From positions 580,174 through 644,173 of the forward strand of contig CAZAZU010000001.1 of the NCBI GenBank assembly GCA_964490105.1: DNA of 64,000 bases. The letters are read 5' to 3'. The translations under genes were made by a program, and so were the position numbers. Shown one piece after another: positions 47,639-59,600 of this stretch (position 1 is its first letter; every line of letters begins with the position of its first letter). Origin of the DNA: an uncultured Gammaproteobacteria bacterium. GTDB lineage: Bacteria; Patescibacteriota; Microgenomatia; Levybacterales; UBA12049. A model generated the notes under the pieces. It ran no database searches. It was not told the origin of the DNA and saw nothing but the letters and a program-made list of their open reading frames with translations.

Positions 47639-49774
47639 TTATTCAACTCTTCCCGTGAAGGTGGAGGCGGCTTTCATTTGAGCCTGAATGTTTTGTGGAA
47701 CTTCATCATAGTGCGAAGGCTCCATGTAATACGAAGCTCTTCCCTGAGTCATAGACCTTAAGATCGTAGCGTATCCTGATAATTCTGAGAGAGGAACCAT
47801 AGCGTTAATGATTGTCGCTTTTCCTCGATCTTCACTTCCGGAAATCTGTGCTCTTTTACTAGACAAATCTCCAATTACATCTCCTAAAAATTCTGATGGA
47901 GTTGTAACTTCTACCTTCATAATAGGCTCTAAAAGTGTAAGTTTTGCATTTTGAGCTGCTATTTGAAGGGCTTTTGAAGCTGCAATTTTGAATGCGATTT
48001 CTGAAGAGTCCACGTCATGGAAAGATCCATCATAAACTTCTACACTCATATCTACCACAGGGTATCCTAAGTAAATTCCGTTTTCCTCAGACTCGATTAC
48101 TCCTTTTTGAATAGCTTTTATAAACTCTGCAGGAATTGCTCCTCCCTTAATACTATCTATAAATTCATTTCCCTCTCCTCTTGGTTTTGGCTTGATTCTT
48201 AAGAAACAGTGTCCGTACTGTCCGCGTCCTCCAGACTGACGAATATATTTTCCTTCTCCTGTTGCTTCTTCTTTAATTGTTTCTTTATAAGCTACCTGAG
48301 GAGCTCCTACATTAGCTTCAACTCCAAAGTCTGATTTCATAGTATTAACTTTAACCTCAAGCTGAAGCTCTCCAACCCCTGAGATAATAGTCTGATTTGT
48401 TTCATGATTTGTTTTAACCTGGAAAGTTGGATCTTCGTCCATAAGGCGCTTTAATGCTATGCCGAGCTTCTCCTGATCTGATTTAGTCTTTGGTTCAATT
48501 GCTAAAGAAATAACAGGTTCTGGGAAAGTAATTTTTTCTAAAACTATTGGATTTGCTTCATCACAAAGTGTATCTCCTGTGATGGTTTCTTTAAGTCCTA
48601 CAATTGCGACGATTTCTCCTGCATACGCCTCGTCAATTTCTTCTCTTTGATTTGAATGCATAAGAAGAAGACGGCCAACGCGCTCTGTATTATCTTTTGT
48701 AGAGTTATAAATATAACTTCCAGATTTAATTTTTCCAGAATAAACTCTATAAAAAGTTAATTTTCCAACGTGAGGATCATTTTGAATTTTAAAAGCAAGC
48801 CCTGCAAGAGGAGCATCTGCTACTAGCTGGCGGGTTTCTTCTGCATCAGTTTTAGGATTTATTCCTTTTACTTCTTTAAGATCTACTGGGGATGGCAGAT
48901 ATTCAACAACAGCGTCAAGAAGTGGCTGTACTCCTTTGTTTCGAAGAGAAGTACCTGCATAAATTGGAACTAATTTATATGCGATAACTGCGCGTCTCAA
49001 TGCCGCTCTTAGTTCTTCAACACTTGGCTCTGTTCCATTTAAGTATTTATCTAGTAATGCGTCATCTGTTTCTGAAATTTTTTCAATAAGTTTATGTCTA
49101 TACTCATCAACTGCCACTTTCATTTCCTCTGGAATATCATCATTTACTTCGTATTTTGCTCCTAATTCATCTCCGCCCCATCTGATTGCTTTGCGGGTTA
49201 AAAGGTCAACGTTTCCTACATAAGTTTGCTCACTTCCAATTGGAAGAACCATGATTGCGGTATTTGCTCCAAGCCTGTCTTCAATAGATTTAACAGTAGC
49301 TAAAAAATCCGCTCCTAGTTTATCCATTTTGTTGATGAAACAAATTCTAGGAACCTTATATTTATCAGCTTGTCTCCAAACTGTTTCTGACTGGGATTGA
49401 ACTCCCTCTTCTGCGTCAAGAACTGTAATTCCTCCGTCCAAAACTCTTAGAGAGCGCTCTACTTCAGCTGTAAAGTCTACGTGACCTGGAGTATCAATAA
49501 TGTTAAATCTGTGCTCTATGCCCTTTTGTGAGCCTTCAGTTGGGGTCCAGAATGCAGTAGTAGCAGCACTTACAATGGTAATTCCGCGCTCTCTTTCTTC
49601 CTTCATCCAGTCCATGACTGTATTTCCCTCATCGATATCTCCGATTTTGTGAGTTTTTCCAGTGTAGTAAAGAATGCGCTCTGTAGTGGTCGTTTTTCCC
49701 GCATCAATATGCGCGATAATTCCGATGTTTCGGATCTTTTCTAAATCAAAATGTCTATTAGATGAATCAGCCAT
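47639..49774 (-). CDS. fusA: Elongation factor G
   Basis: 711 aa: NIGIIAHIDAGKTTTTERIL... with the full EF-G domain set. Confidence 0.95.
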   Translation of the reverse strand: MADSSNRHFDLEKIRNIGIIAHIDAGKTTTTERILYYTGKTHKIGDIDEGNTVMDWMKEERERGITIVSAATTAFWTPTEGSQKGIEHRFNIIDTPGHVDFTAEVERSLRVLDGGITVLDAEEGVQSQSETVWRQADKYKVPRICFINKMDKLGADFLATVKSIEDRLGANTAIMVLPIGSEQTYVGNVDLLTRKAIRWGGDELGAKYEVNDDIPEEMKVAVDEYRHKLIEKISETDDALLDKYLNGTEPSVEELRAALRRAVIAYKLVPIYAGTSLRNKGVQPLLDAVVEYLPSPVDLKEVKGINPKTDAEETRQLVADAPLAGLAFKIQNDPHVGKLTFYRVYSGKIKSGSYIYNSTKDNTERVGRLLLMHSNQREEIDEAYAGEIVAIVGLKETITGDTLCDEANPIVLEKITFPEPVISLAIEPKTKSDQEKLGIALKRLMDEDPTFQVKTNHETNQTIISGVGELQLEVKVNTMKSDFGVEANVGAPQVAYKETIKEEATGEGKYIRQSGGRGQYGHCFLRIKPKPRGEGNEFIDSIKGGAIPAEFIKAIQKGVIESEENGIYLGYPVVDMSVEVYDGSFHDVDSSEIAFKIAASKALQIAAQNAKLTLLEPIMKVEVTTPSEFLGDVIGDLSSKRAQISGSEDRGKATIINAMVPLSELSGYATILRSMTQGRASYYMEPSHYDEVPQNIQAQMKAASTFTGRVE

Positions 49775-49791
49775 AAATTAAATAAAACTTT

Positions 49792-49830
49792 AAAAAAGCT
49801 CCCACAAATGGAAGCTAAATGAGTATACCA
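49792..49830 (-). promoter_or_regulatory. Extended -10 promoter (TGgTATACT) plus 5'-terminal stem-loop and U6 leader for fusA
   Basis: Minus strand: tgtggTATACTcatttaGCTTCCAtttgTGGGAGC TTTTTT aaagttttatttaat ATG. The hairpin has one mismatch. No SD. Confidence 0.45.
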
Positions 49831-49847
49831 CAAAATCTTTTTAGAAT

Positions 49848-50399
49848 CTATAGAATTGTTCCGAATTTTTTGTTTTTCTTTGTATTCTTTATAAATGAAT
49901 TTAAGCGTCTTTCGTAATCTTCCATTCTTTTTTGCTTTTTAGCATCCTCTATGTAATAAATCCTAAGTCTTTTATAGAGATCGTCAAAGGCTTGATAGTT
50001 CTTCCAGACTTCCGGATCTGTCTTTAATGCTTTTTCTGTTTCAGGAGACAATATGACTGGTTTTTCAGAAAGATCCACTCCTACTAGTGCCTCTATTCCA
50101 TATGGAGTCATAAGCTTTGATTTAATCAAACGTCTTGCTCGTTCTTTATTTAGCTCTGACCAATTTGACTTAGCTCTTCTTGGTGTAAATCGCTGAATAG
50201 TTGAATCCTGATCCCGTTTTTTAACCACCCCGTCTATCCATCCAAAACACAACGCTTCTTCAACTGCCTCATTATAAGGAAGTGAAAGCTTTCCTGATGC
50301 CTTTTTATAGAAGACAAACCATACTTCTTTTTCCTTATTGTGGTTTTTCTCAAGCCACTCTCGCCACTCTTTTCTATCCTTTGCATAAAAACTATTCAT
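49848..50399 (-). CDS. YdeI/OmpD-associated (OmdA) family protein
   Basis: 183 aa: EAVEEALCFGWIDGVVKKRD, a family signature. Confidence 0.55.
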   Translation of the reverse strand: MNSFYAKDRKEWREWLEKNHNKEKEVWFVFYKKASGKLSLPYNEAVEEALCFGWIDGVVKKRDQDSTIQRFTPRRAKSNWSELNKERARRLIKSKLMTPYGIEALVGVDLSEKPVILSPETEKALKTDPEVWKNYQAFDDLYKRLRIYYIEDAKKQKRMEDYERRLNSFIKNTKKNKKFGTIL

Positions 50400-50467
50400 A
50401 AACTAATTATATTACTTTTCCTGGAATCAAAACTGCACGATACATCGATATATCGATATATGATGCA

Positions 50468-51379
50468 TTAAGAGGGTTTTTCTGAAGTTTTCGGCCCATC
50501 TACAAATATCATGTCTACGAAATTATCAACTAACCCTCTTACCAGTTCTCCCCAAAGCTCTAATCTAATTCTCCAAAGCTCTTTTCCTCCATCCAAAAGT
50601 CTTGCAGGTATATGCTCACCCACCAAATCCTTGGGCGATCTTGATGCTACTGAAGAATACACACCTTTTTCTATAATCGCATCTATTCCCTTAGTCATTG
50701 CTAAATCTACGCTTGTTTCAGCGATACCCAAAACTTTTCCTCTTACATCAAGAAGCTTTGCCAAATGCGCATCAACTTTTCCTCTATACTCTCCTTTTCC
50801 CTGGACGCTAGATAGTTGAATCGGAAGCTTCTTTTCCCTGCGGCTATAAGGAGGAATTCCAGATCTTCCTGGATGAACCCTTGTAGTTATACCAACCAAA
50901 GTAGTTTTATTTTTAGGATAACCTTTATACTTTCTCCACCAATCTTTCCCCTCAACTCCATCAATGTGAATATCTCTAGATGAGATTAAATCACCAAGTC
51001 TTTCACCTTTTATTTGCTGTCCTGGTATATAAAGCCTACCAAGCTCAATTCCTGCGTCTATTTGTATCGGCCTAGGTGCATAATTTCTAACTGGCGCTTG
51101 AACCTCAAATCCATAGTTTAATTCCCCCTCTGCGATCCCTTGAGCATCTACCTGCTCTCCTATTTTTAATGCAGCACCTTCTTGAAAAGCAAAATGCATT
51201 TGAGCATTTCTACTTCTAGCAGACTCTTCTACTCCTGCAAAATCTACTTTTCTAGTACCGGGAACATTACCCGATGAAATTAGAACTTTTGCATATCCAT
51301 ACTCAAAAGCAGGAATCTCGACTCCTTTCACAACTATTAAACCTGCTCCTCGCCAAGCTTGCATTTCTACCTCTGCCAT
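50468..51379 (-). CDS. Hypothetical protein, GC-enriched and of atypical composition
   Basis: 303-aa ORF, rich in G, V, A and R, with no recognisable motif. Confidence 0.4.
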   Translation of the reverse strand: MAEVEMQAWRGAGLIVVKGVEIPAFEYGYAKVLISSGNVPGTRKVDFAGVEESARSRNAQMHFAFQEGAALKIGEQVDAQGIAEGELNYGFEVQAPVRNYAPRPIQIDAGIELGRLYIPGQQIKGERLGDLISSRDIHIDGVEGKDWWRKYKGYPKNKTTLVGITTRVHPGRSGIPPYSRREKKLPIQLSSVQGKGEYRGKVDAHLAKLLDVRGKVLGIAETSVDLAMTKGIDAIIEKGVYSSVASRSPKDLVGEHIPARLLDGGKELWRIRLELWGELVRGLVDNFVDMIFVDGPKTSEKPS

Positions 51380-51417
51380 AGATGGGGAATTATATTCTAA
51401 AGGGGATTAAACTTCAA

Positions 51418-51846
51418 CTATAGGTTATGTTGTAGGTCGTTTTTTTGGGGTAGAGAAGTTACAGTAACCTTTAAGCCGGGTTTTTCTCCTTCTACTGCCT
51501 GTTGAGTTAGCGCAAACCCTTCCCTAGCAACAATTGCTAAATGTGCTGATTCCACTCCAGTTCTTAGTTCTGATTCTTGTCCAGTTAAAGATACACGGGG
51601 TGATACGCGGATAAATCTACCTAATTCTGTTCCAGATAGAATTTGGGCTATTGGTCCTAAATGAGAATCGACAGCATCTGATAATAGATGTGAATATAAC
51701 TCTGTTCTATGGCCAATTCCCTCTTTTATTCTTTGCTCTATTAAAGACAAAGCCATTAGCTCTCTTTCGATTAATTCAACATTATCAATTGGAAGATTAA
51801 CTTCTACAACAGGTCTGCCTGGTTTTGGCTCAACATCTCTAGTCAT
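51418..51846 (-). CDS. Hypothetical protein, GC-enriched; immediately upstream of the 303-aa gene
   Basis: 142-aa ORF. Its stop lies 5 nt from the rpsG stop side. Confidence 0.35.
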   Translation of the reverse strand: MTRDVEPKPGRPVVEVNLPIDNVELIERELMALSLIEQRIKEGIGHRTELYSHLLSDAVDSHLGPIAQILSGTELGRFIRVSPRVSLTGQESELRTGVESAHLAIVAREGFALTQQAVEGEKPGLKVTVTSLPQKNDLQHNL

Positions 51847-51851
51847 GGAAG

Positions 51852-52325
51852 TTAAATGCGGAAGTGGGAGAAAGCTTTGTTTGCGTCAGCCATTCTATGA
51901 ACATTATCTCTTTTCTTGATTGCCTCTCCTTGATTTGCTGCTGCGTCCATTATTTCTGCTGCTAATTTTTCTGCAAATGAATGATAATCTTTATTTGATT
52001 TAGAACGAGCTGCATCCACTATCCATCGAAGTGCTAGTGCTGTTCTTCTATCTCCTCTAACTTCGATCGGGATTTGATAACTTGCTCCTCCAACGCGTCT
52101 AGCTTTAATTTCTGTTTTTGGACCGATATTTTGTACTGCTTTTTCAAATAATGAAAGTGCGTCTTCTTTTTTTGCAAGAATTTCCATCATGTCATAAACA
52201 ATTCCTTGTGCAATTGATTTCTTGCCGTCTTTCATTATGTAATTAGCAAGTTTTGCTACCAAAAGATTGTTGTAAACTGCATCTCCCTCAATATGTCTTT
52301 TTTTACTTGCGTGTGCGTGTCTCAT
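51852..52325 (-). CDS. rpsG: 30S ribosomal protein uS7
   Basis: 157 aa: NNLLVAKLANYIMKDGKKSIAQGIVYD. Confidence 0.9.
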   Translation of the reverse strand: MRHAHASKKRHIEGDAVYNNLLVAKLANYIMKDGKKSIAQGIVYDMMEILAKKEDALSLFEKAVQNIGPKTEIKARRVGGASYQIPIEVRGDRRTALALRWIVDAARSKSNKDYHSFAEKLAAEIMDAAANQGEAIKKRDNVHRMADANKAFSHFRI

Positions 52326-52332
52326 AATTTAA

Positions 52333-52797
52333 TTAAGCTGCTGGAGCTTCAGCTGCCGGTGCTGCTGCTTTTGGCGCAGGTGCACCTTTTGATCCTCTCT
52401 TTGCTCCATATTTACTTCTTGAACTTTGCCTACCTACTACTCCAGCTAAATCTAATTTTCCTCGAACGATGTGATATTTTACTCCAGCTAAATCTTTTAC
52501 ACGTCCGCCTCTGACTAAAACAATTCCGTGTTCAGCTAAAGAATGACCTTCTCCCATGATATAAGCTGTAACTTCAGTTCTATTTGATAATTTTACTCTA
52601 GCTACTTTTCGAAGAGCCGAATTAGGTTTTCTAGGAGTCATAGTTTTAACTAAAGTTACAACTCCTCTTTTTTGAGGTGAATTAACTTCAGTGTAAACTC
52701 TGTCCTTAGCATTATAAAGTTTTCTAAGTCCAGTAACCCTGACCTTTTTCATTCTTCTTTGTCTACCGTGCTTTGTAAGTTGTGATAGTGTTGGCAT
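52333..52797 (-). CDS. rpsL: 30S ribosomal protein uS12 with Ala/Pro-rich C-terminal extension
   Basis: 154 aa: [12 protein letters not shown]...[16 protein letters not shown], plus a tail [18 protein letters not shown]. Confidence 0.9.
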   Translation of the reverse strand: MPTLSQLTKHGRQRRMKKVRVTGLRKLYNAKDRVYTEVNSPQKRGVVTLVKTMTPRKPNSALRKVARVKLSNRTEVTAYIMGEGHSLAEHGIVLVRGGRVKDLAGVKYHIVRGKLDLAGVVGRQSSRSKYGAKRGSKGAPAPKAAAPAAEAPAA

Positions 52798-52811
52798 ATT
52801 TTGGTTTTTAA

Positions 52812-55800
52812 TTATACAGCATCAGCGGCAGGAGCTTCAACTGTAGGTGCAGTTTCTGTTGGGGCAACAACTTCTGTAACTTCCTCTGCGTCTTCATCAA
52901 CTGTAATTCCGTCAACTGGGATTAAGCGTCCGATAATAACGTTCTCTTTAAGTCCGATTAATTTATCCTCTGCACCCTCAAGGGACGCTTCAGTTAACAC
53001 TTTTGTTGTTTCCTGGAATGATGCAGCTGAAAGCCATGAATCTGAGAATAATGATGACTTTGTAACTCCAAGAATAGTCTGTCTTGCTGTTGCTGGTTCT
53101 CCACCCTGAGTTAAGATTTCCGCATTAATTTCTTCAAATCTTGTTCTTGTTATAAAGTCTCCAGGAATTAAAGATGAATCTCCAACTGTTTCAATTACAA
53201 CTTTATCAGACATTTTTCTAAGAATTACTTCAAAATGCTTATCGTTAATTGCGATTCCCTGCGATTCATAAACTTTTTGAGCTTCAGTTATTACATATCT
53301 TTGTGCGTCAATTAGCCCTGTAATCTTGAGAACCTCTTTAGGATCCAGATAACCTTGTGCAAATTGAGTTCCAACACTTACTTCTTGTCCATCTTTTACA
53401 GTTAGATTTGAAGCTAACGGGATGAAATATTCTCTTTCTTCAACTGGCTTTCTGTGTGAAGCAACCTTAAGAAGATATCCATCATCGCTTGTTTCAATTG
53501 TAAGTTTTCCAGATGTTTCAGAAATAGGAGATAACGCTTTTGGAGTTCTCATTTCAAAAAGTTCTTCAACTCTAGGCAAACCATGGGTAACGTCCTGCAT
53601 AACAGCTCCAGCAACATATCTGGTTCTCATAGTAAGCTGTGTTCCAGGCTCTCCGATAGATTGAGCTGCTACTACTCCGACAGGCACTCCAAGTGCTACT
53701 TTTCTTCTTACTGAATAATCCCATCCATAACAGTTAGAACACATTCCGTATTTAAGCTCACATGTTATTGCTGATCTTACAATTGCTTCTTGAATATCTT
53801 CTGTAGCAATCTCAGCAACCTTGTCTTCTGTAATTTCCTGACCAGCTTTTACGATTGGCTTCTTAGTCTTTGGAGAAATTATATTTTCAGCTGCAATTCT
53901 TCCAAGAATTCTGTCATGGAAAGTAGCAGTTCTATCTGGATCCAAAGCCGAAATCTTAATACCATTCTTAGTTCCGCAATCTTCAGTTTTAATGATCATG
54001 TCATGAGACACATCAACTAATCTTCTTGTTAGGTATCCAGCGTTTGCAGTCTTAAGAGCTGAGTCGGTTAATCCTTTTCTAGATCCGCGAGCTGAAGCTA
54101 CGTATTCAAAAATTGAAAGTCCTTCTCTAAAATTAGACTTAATAGGAAGCTCAATAATCTTTCCAAGCGGATCCATGATAAGTCCTCTCATCGCAGAAAG
54201 CTGTTTTAGCTGTTCTTTTCCAGCTCTAGCTCCTTCAGAATCGATAATTGTTCTAATAACATTTCCAGTTGTTAACAAGTCCCAAGTCATGTCAGCGATT
54301 CTCTCTGTTGTTGAAAGCCAAACGTTATTTGAAAGTCTTTTTCTTTCATCGTTTGTAATAAGTCCTTTTTGATATTCGAGGTCTATTTCTGCGATTTTTT
54401 CTTCGGCTTCGTCAATAATCTTGTCTTTTCCTTGAACTAGTGCGGTATCAAAAACAGATACTGAAATTCCAGAAACTGTTGAACCATAGAATCCGAGTGT
54501 TTTAATGTTATCGATTAATTCCTCAACCTCAAGTGAATTTGAAACTTTCATAGCTCTGGTAATTAATTTTTTAATACCGCTTGCTTTTACTGGCTCGTTC
54601 ATAAATCCAAGAGACTCTGGTAAATGTTCGTTAAACATAAGACGTCCGATAGATGTTTCTATGATTTCACCGTTTACTCTAACCTTAATTGGCTGTCTTA
54701 GCTTTAATCTTCCGTATGTATGAGCAAGTAATGCGTCATTTATGTCAGAAAATATCTCTTCATCTTCTGGTTTAACTTCGGTTCTCAAACTTTCATCAAT
54801 TGAAGTTAGATAGAAAACTCCAACAGCCATTTCTTTATTTGGAAGCGTAATAGGAGCTCCATCAGCTGGCTTTAAGAGATTTTCTCTAGGCATCATAAGC
54901 TCAATTGCTTCTTTTTGTGCGTTTTCACTTAAAGGAATGTGAACAGCCATCTGGTCTCCGTCAAAATCAGCATTAAATCCGCTACAAACACAAGGGTGTA
55001 ATTGAATCGCAGCTCCCTCGATAAGAACTGGATAGAAAGCCTGAATACCTAATTTATGTAGTGTTGGAGCACGATTAAGTAAAACTGGATGATTCTTTGT
55101 AATTTCTTCTAAGATATCAAAAACCTCAGGCGGTCTTTTCTCGATAAATCTCTTTGCTGATTTAATATTTGGCGCAAAACCTCTGACAATTACTTCGCGA
55201 AGTACGAATGGCTTAAACATTTCAAGCGCCATTTCTTTTGGAATTCCGCACTCAGATAGCTTCAAATTAGGTCCGACAACGATAACTGATCGACCTGAAT
55301 AATCTACTCTTTTTCCAAGTAAATTCTGTCTAAACCTTCCCTGTTTTCCTCTTAACATGTCGGAAAGAGATCTTAACGGTGATTGAACTACTTGAGTTCC
55401 GCGCTGGGAAGCATCAATTAATGAGTCTACTGATTCCTGAAGCATTCTTTTTTCATTTCTTAAAATAATTTCAGGTGCTCCAAGTGAAATAAGATGCTTC
55501 AAGCGATTATTTCTGTTAATTACTCTTCTATATAAATCGTTTAGATCACTAGTCGCAAATCTTCCGCCTGATAACTGAACCATAGGCCTAAGATCTGGTG
55601 GAATAACAGGAAGAACAGTGTAGACCATGTCTTTTGGAGAAACTCCAGCTTTTCTAATGACTTCAAGAAGTCTCAAACGCTTAACGAGTTTTAGATATTT
55701 TTGTCCTTTTGCTTTTTCTACTTCTTTTCTAAGTTCAATTATTAAATTATCGATATTTAGCTTCTCGATTAGTTCCAAAAGTCCTTCTGCTCCTGTTTTA

Positions 55801-56603
55801 AAGGTAAAGAAGATTGGAATATCATATTCCAAAACCTTAAAGTATTCGTCCTCTGAAAGAACTGATCCAGGCTTAAGACTTTTCACTAAAGCTGTTAATG
55901 CATCTGCGATTTCATCAATTTTCTTAGATTCCGCTGAAACCCTTTCATTAATTCTAAGAATTCTCTGTTTCTTTGAGAGTTCAATTTCCTGCTCCATTAA
56001 TTCTTTTTGAGTAGTATTAGATTTTCCAGCTGACTTTAATTTTTCCTTAACCTCTTCTTCAATTGCTTTTTCCTCGACTTCTGCATCTTTTTTAAGATTT
56101 GCTTTTCGGTCTTCTATTACTTTTGCAAAACCCTCTAGAGCTTTTTTCTTCTTGTCATCCTCAATGGATGTAACTAAATATGAAGCATAATAAATGACTG
56201 ATTCTAAGTCTTTTTGAGACATGTCCAGAATCAGACTTAAAGGTGAGCTTGATCCTTTAAAGTACCAAACGTGAGCAACAGGGGAAGCAAGTCCGATGTG
56301 ACCCATTCTTTCGCGCCTAACGCGTGACAATGTAACTTCAACTCCGCATTTATCACAGATTATTCCTCTATATCTAATTCTCTTGTATTTTCCGCAATAA
56401 CATTCCCAGTCTTTCGTAGGCCCGAATATTCTTTCATCAAATAATCCATCTTTTTCAGGTCTAAGCGTTCTGTAATTGATAGTTTCAGGCTTTGTTACTT
56501 CTCCATAACTCCAGCCCATAACATCTTCTTTTCCGGCTACTAAAACCTTTAAGGATTGGAAATCCAAAATACTAATGTCTTTCATTTTTTTATTCTTATC
56601 CAT
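52812..56603 (-). CDS. rpoC: DNA-directed RNA polymerase subunit beta'
   Basis: 1263 aa. Zn-finger [23 protein letters not shown] and the catalytic [12 protein letters not shown]. Confidence 0.95.
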   Translation of the reverse strand: MDKNKKMKDISILDFQSLKVLVAGKEDVMGWSYGEVTKPETINYRTLRPEKDGLFDERIFGPTKDWECYCGKYKRIRYRGIICDKCGVEVTLSRVRRERMGHIGLASPVAHVWYFKGSSSPLSLILDMSQKDLESVIYYASYLVTSIEDDKKKKALEGFAKVIEDRKANLKKDAEVEEKAIEEEVKEKLKSAGKSNTTQKELMEQEIELSKKQRILRINERVSAESKKIDEIADALTALVKSLKPGSVLSEDEYFKVLEYDIPIFFTFKTGAEGLLELIEKLNIDNLIIELRKEVEKAKGQKYLKLVKRLRLLEVIRKAGVSPKDMVYTVLPVIPPDLRPMVQLSGGRFATSDLNDLYRRVINRNNRLKHLISLGAPEIILRNEKRMLQESVDSLIDASQRGTQVVQSPLRSLSDMLRGKQGRFRQNLLGKRVDYSGRSVIVVGPNLKLSECGIPKEMALEMFKPFVLREVIVRGFAPNIKSAKRFIEKRPPEVFDILEEITKNHPVLLNRAPTLHKLGIQAFYPVLIEGAAIQLHPCVCSGFNADFDGDQMAVHIPLSENAQKEAIELMMPRENLLKPADGAPITLPNKEMAVGVFYLTSIDESLRTEVKPEDEEIFSDINDALLAHTYGRLKLRQPIKVRVNGEIIETSIGRLMFNEHLPESLGFMNEPVKASGIKKLITRAMKVSNSLEVEELIDNIKTLGFYGSTVSGISVSVFDTALVQGKDKIIDEAEEKIAEIDLEYQKGLITNDERKRLSNNVWLSTTERIADMTWDLLTTGNVIRTIIDSEGARAGKEQLKQLSAMRGLIMDPLGKIIELPIKSNFREGLSIFEYVASARGSRKGLTDSALKTANAGYLTRRLVDVSHDMIIKTEDCGTKNGIKISALDPDRTATFHDRILGRIAAENIISPKTKKPIVKAGQEITEDKVAEIATEDIQEAIVRSAITCELKYGMCSNCYGWDYSVRRKVALGVPVGVVAAQSIGEPGTQLTMRTRYVAGAVMQDVTHGLPRVEELFEMRTPKALSPISETSGKLTIETSDDGYLLKVASHRKPVEEREYFIPLASNLTVKDGQEVSVGTQFAQGYLDPKEVLKITGLIDAQRYVITEAQKVYESQGIAINDKHFEVILRKMSDKVVIETVGDSSLIPGDFITRTRFEEINAEILTQGGEPATARQTILGVTKSSLFSDSWLSAASFQETTKVLTEASLEGAEDKLIGLKENVIIGRLIPVDGITVDEDAEEVTEVVAPTETAPTVEAPAADAV

Positions 56604-59600
56604 TTATTTCTCCTTCTGTAACTCCTTCTAAATCAGCTGCGCTAGGTTCAACTTCTCCTGATGCTGTTGCTTCATCTACTCCTGCTTCTTCTGTTACTAC
56701 GTCTTCTCCGCCTAACTCTTTTTCCATTTCCTTAGCTTCTTCTTCAATCTTTTCGTCTGCTTTTGCTTCTTTCATAGGCTCCACCATAGTTGGCTCAGCT
56801 ACAATTTGTGCTCCCATTGGAACCACATTTAGTCCTAGTGCTTGAAGCTCTTTAATAAGAACTTTAAATGATTCTGGAACCTTAGGTGTTGGAATTGCAG
56901 TTCCCTTTACGATTGCCTCAAATGCTTTTGCACGTCCGACCACGTCATCAGACTTGATCGTTAACATTTCCTGTAGTGTATAACGTGCGCGATGAGATTC
57001 CAATGCCCAAACTTCCATCTCTCCAAGTCTTTGACCTCCCATTTGTGCCTTTCCTCCAAGAGGTTGCTGTGTAACAAGTGAGTATGGTCCTGTACTTCTT
57101 GCATGAGTCTTGTCCTCAACCATGTGGATAAGCTTCATAATGTATGAGACTCCCACAACTACTGCTCCATCATAAGCTTCTCCGGTTCTAGAGTCATATA
57201 ATTTAGCTTTTCCATTTTCTGGGAGCCCTGAAGCCTTAAGCTCAGCGATAATATTATTTTCGTCTACTTTTTCAAAAACAGGAAGTCCGACTTTCTTTCC
57301 CTGTACTAATGCTGCCCAACCAAGATGAGCTTCAAGAAGCTGTCCCAAGTTCATACGAGCAAGTACTGAAACCGGAGAAATAATAATGTCGACCGGTGTT
57401 CCGTCTTCGAGATATGGCATATCTACTACAGGAACGATTTTAGAAATAACTCCTTTATTTCCGTGGCGTCCTGCCAATTTATCTCCAACTACAACGTGTC
57501 TGAATTGAGCAACCTCAACTATAATCTTTCTAAGACATCCAGGCTCTAGTTCATCTCCCTTTTTGCGATCTAAAACTTGAATAGAAATAACTGTTCCTCT
57601 TTCACCGTTTGGCATTCTTAAAGATGTATCTCTAACTTCTCTTGCTTGTTCTCCGAAAATAGCGCGTAATAATCTTTCCTCTGCTGTTAATTCTGTTTCA
57701 CCTTTTGGCGCAATTTTTCCAACAAGAATGTCTCCAGGTCCTACTTCTGAAGATAAAACTACAACTCCATCTTCGTCCAAATTAGCTAAATCTTCTTCTG
57801 ATACATTTGGAATATCTCTAGTTGTTTCTTCAGGACCTAATTTGGTCTCAACTACTGCAGCTTCATATTTTTCGATGTGAATTGAAGAAAGAACGTCTTC
57901 TTTTACTAATCTATCTGAAATAACAATAGCGTCTTCATATCCAAGTCCGTCATATGAAGCATATGCGATAAGAAGATTCTGTCCAAGAGCTAATTCTCCA
58001 CCCTGTGAAGATGGTCCATCAACTAAAAGATCTCCTTTTTTAACTTTTTGACCAGTCGTTACCATTGCTCTTTGAGTATAAGCTGTAGCCTGTGAGGTTC
58101 TTTGGAATGATTCGATTTTATAAGTTATTTCTTCTTTGCCTTTTCCCTTGAATACAACTTTGTCTCCGTCAGCATAAACTATTTCTCCATCTTCTGGAGC
58201 TCTAGCAACACGTCCCATAACTTGGGATACCATTTTTTCCATTCCAGTTCCAACAATTGGACTCTGAGGAATAACAAGCGGTACTGCTTGAGACTGCATG
58301 TGGGTTCCCATAAGCGCTCTGTTAGCTTCATCATGAGAAACAAAAGGAATAAGGGATGCTGCTGTTCCTACAACTTGACGTGGAACTACATCGATATATT
58401 CAATTTTTTCTTTCTCTACTTCAATAAATTCTCCCTTATATCTAACAGGAACTCTTTCATTTGTAATTGTCTGGTCCTCATTTAATACGTCTGAGTGAGT
58501 AATATATTTTTCTCTCTCGTCATCTGCTGCCATATAAACGATTTCATTCGTTGCAGTACTTACTGTTTTATTTCCTTTTTTAGTATGAGTTACTTTTCTA
58601 TATGGGGTTTCTAAGAAACCATATTGGTTTACTCTTGAATATAAAGCCAAGTATGTTACGAGTCCGATGTTCGGACCTTCAGGACTACGAATCGGACAAA
58701 TTCTTCCATACTGTGAAGAATTAATATCACGAATTGAGAAAGCAGCTCTTTCTCTAGAGATTCCACCGGTTCCCATAACTGTTAAACGGTTAAGGTTATC
58801 GATTTCTGAAAGTGGATTTGTCTGGTCTAGGATTGTTGAAAGCTGAGAGGTTCTGAAGAATTCGTTTATTGAGGCCATAATCGGTCTAGCATTAATAAGT
58901 CCAGCAATTGTAACTGGGACTTCTGGAGTAATAAGTGACATTCTTTCTTTAATACTTCTTTCAAGTCTTAAAACTCCAACTCTAAATGCTGTTGAAGCTA
59001 CTAATTCTCCAACTCTTCTTACACGTCTATTTGCGAGTGAATCGATATCGTCAACTCCATCCTGTCCTTTTGAAAGAGCGATTAAAAATGAGATTGTTGC
59101 GATAATGTCATCAATTGTAAGAATTTTTTCCTCTGTTGGATTAAATCCTGGTACGTTTTTAAGTTTTTTATTCATCTTATAACGTCCGACGTCTCCAAGA
59201 TCATATCTTCTGTTATTGAAAAACATTCCAAAGAAGTTTTCTTTAACTTTGTCCAAAACTACTGGTTCTCCTGGATGCATTTTCTTAAAAATTTCGATAA
59301 GAGCTGCGTTTTGTGAATCAGTTTCATCTTTTGTAAGAGTGTTATTTATGAAATTTGTTTTTCCATCGGCTTCTGCATCTTTGAATTTAGATCTAATTAA
59401 ATCGTTATCTGATACTCCAATCGCTCTAAGGAAAGTTGAGGCCAAAAACTTTCTTCTTCTGTCAATTTTTACTGTAATTGTTTCGTAACGGGTAGTTGTA
59501 AATTCAAGCCATGATCCATGAACTGGTCTAATTTCTGCAGTGTAAAGAGTTTGTCCTGTTACTACATCTTGAGTTGAAGTAAAGAAAACTCCAGGGGATC

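Noticed and set aside
53422-56010. Several 65-127 aa + strand ORFs (53422, 53790, 54175, 54505, 55627) and 58222/59216/59692 within rpoB
   Set aside because: All lie antisense inside rpoC or rpoB and are Ser/Phe/Leu-rich. They are shadow ORFs of long, highly conserved genes.
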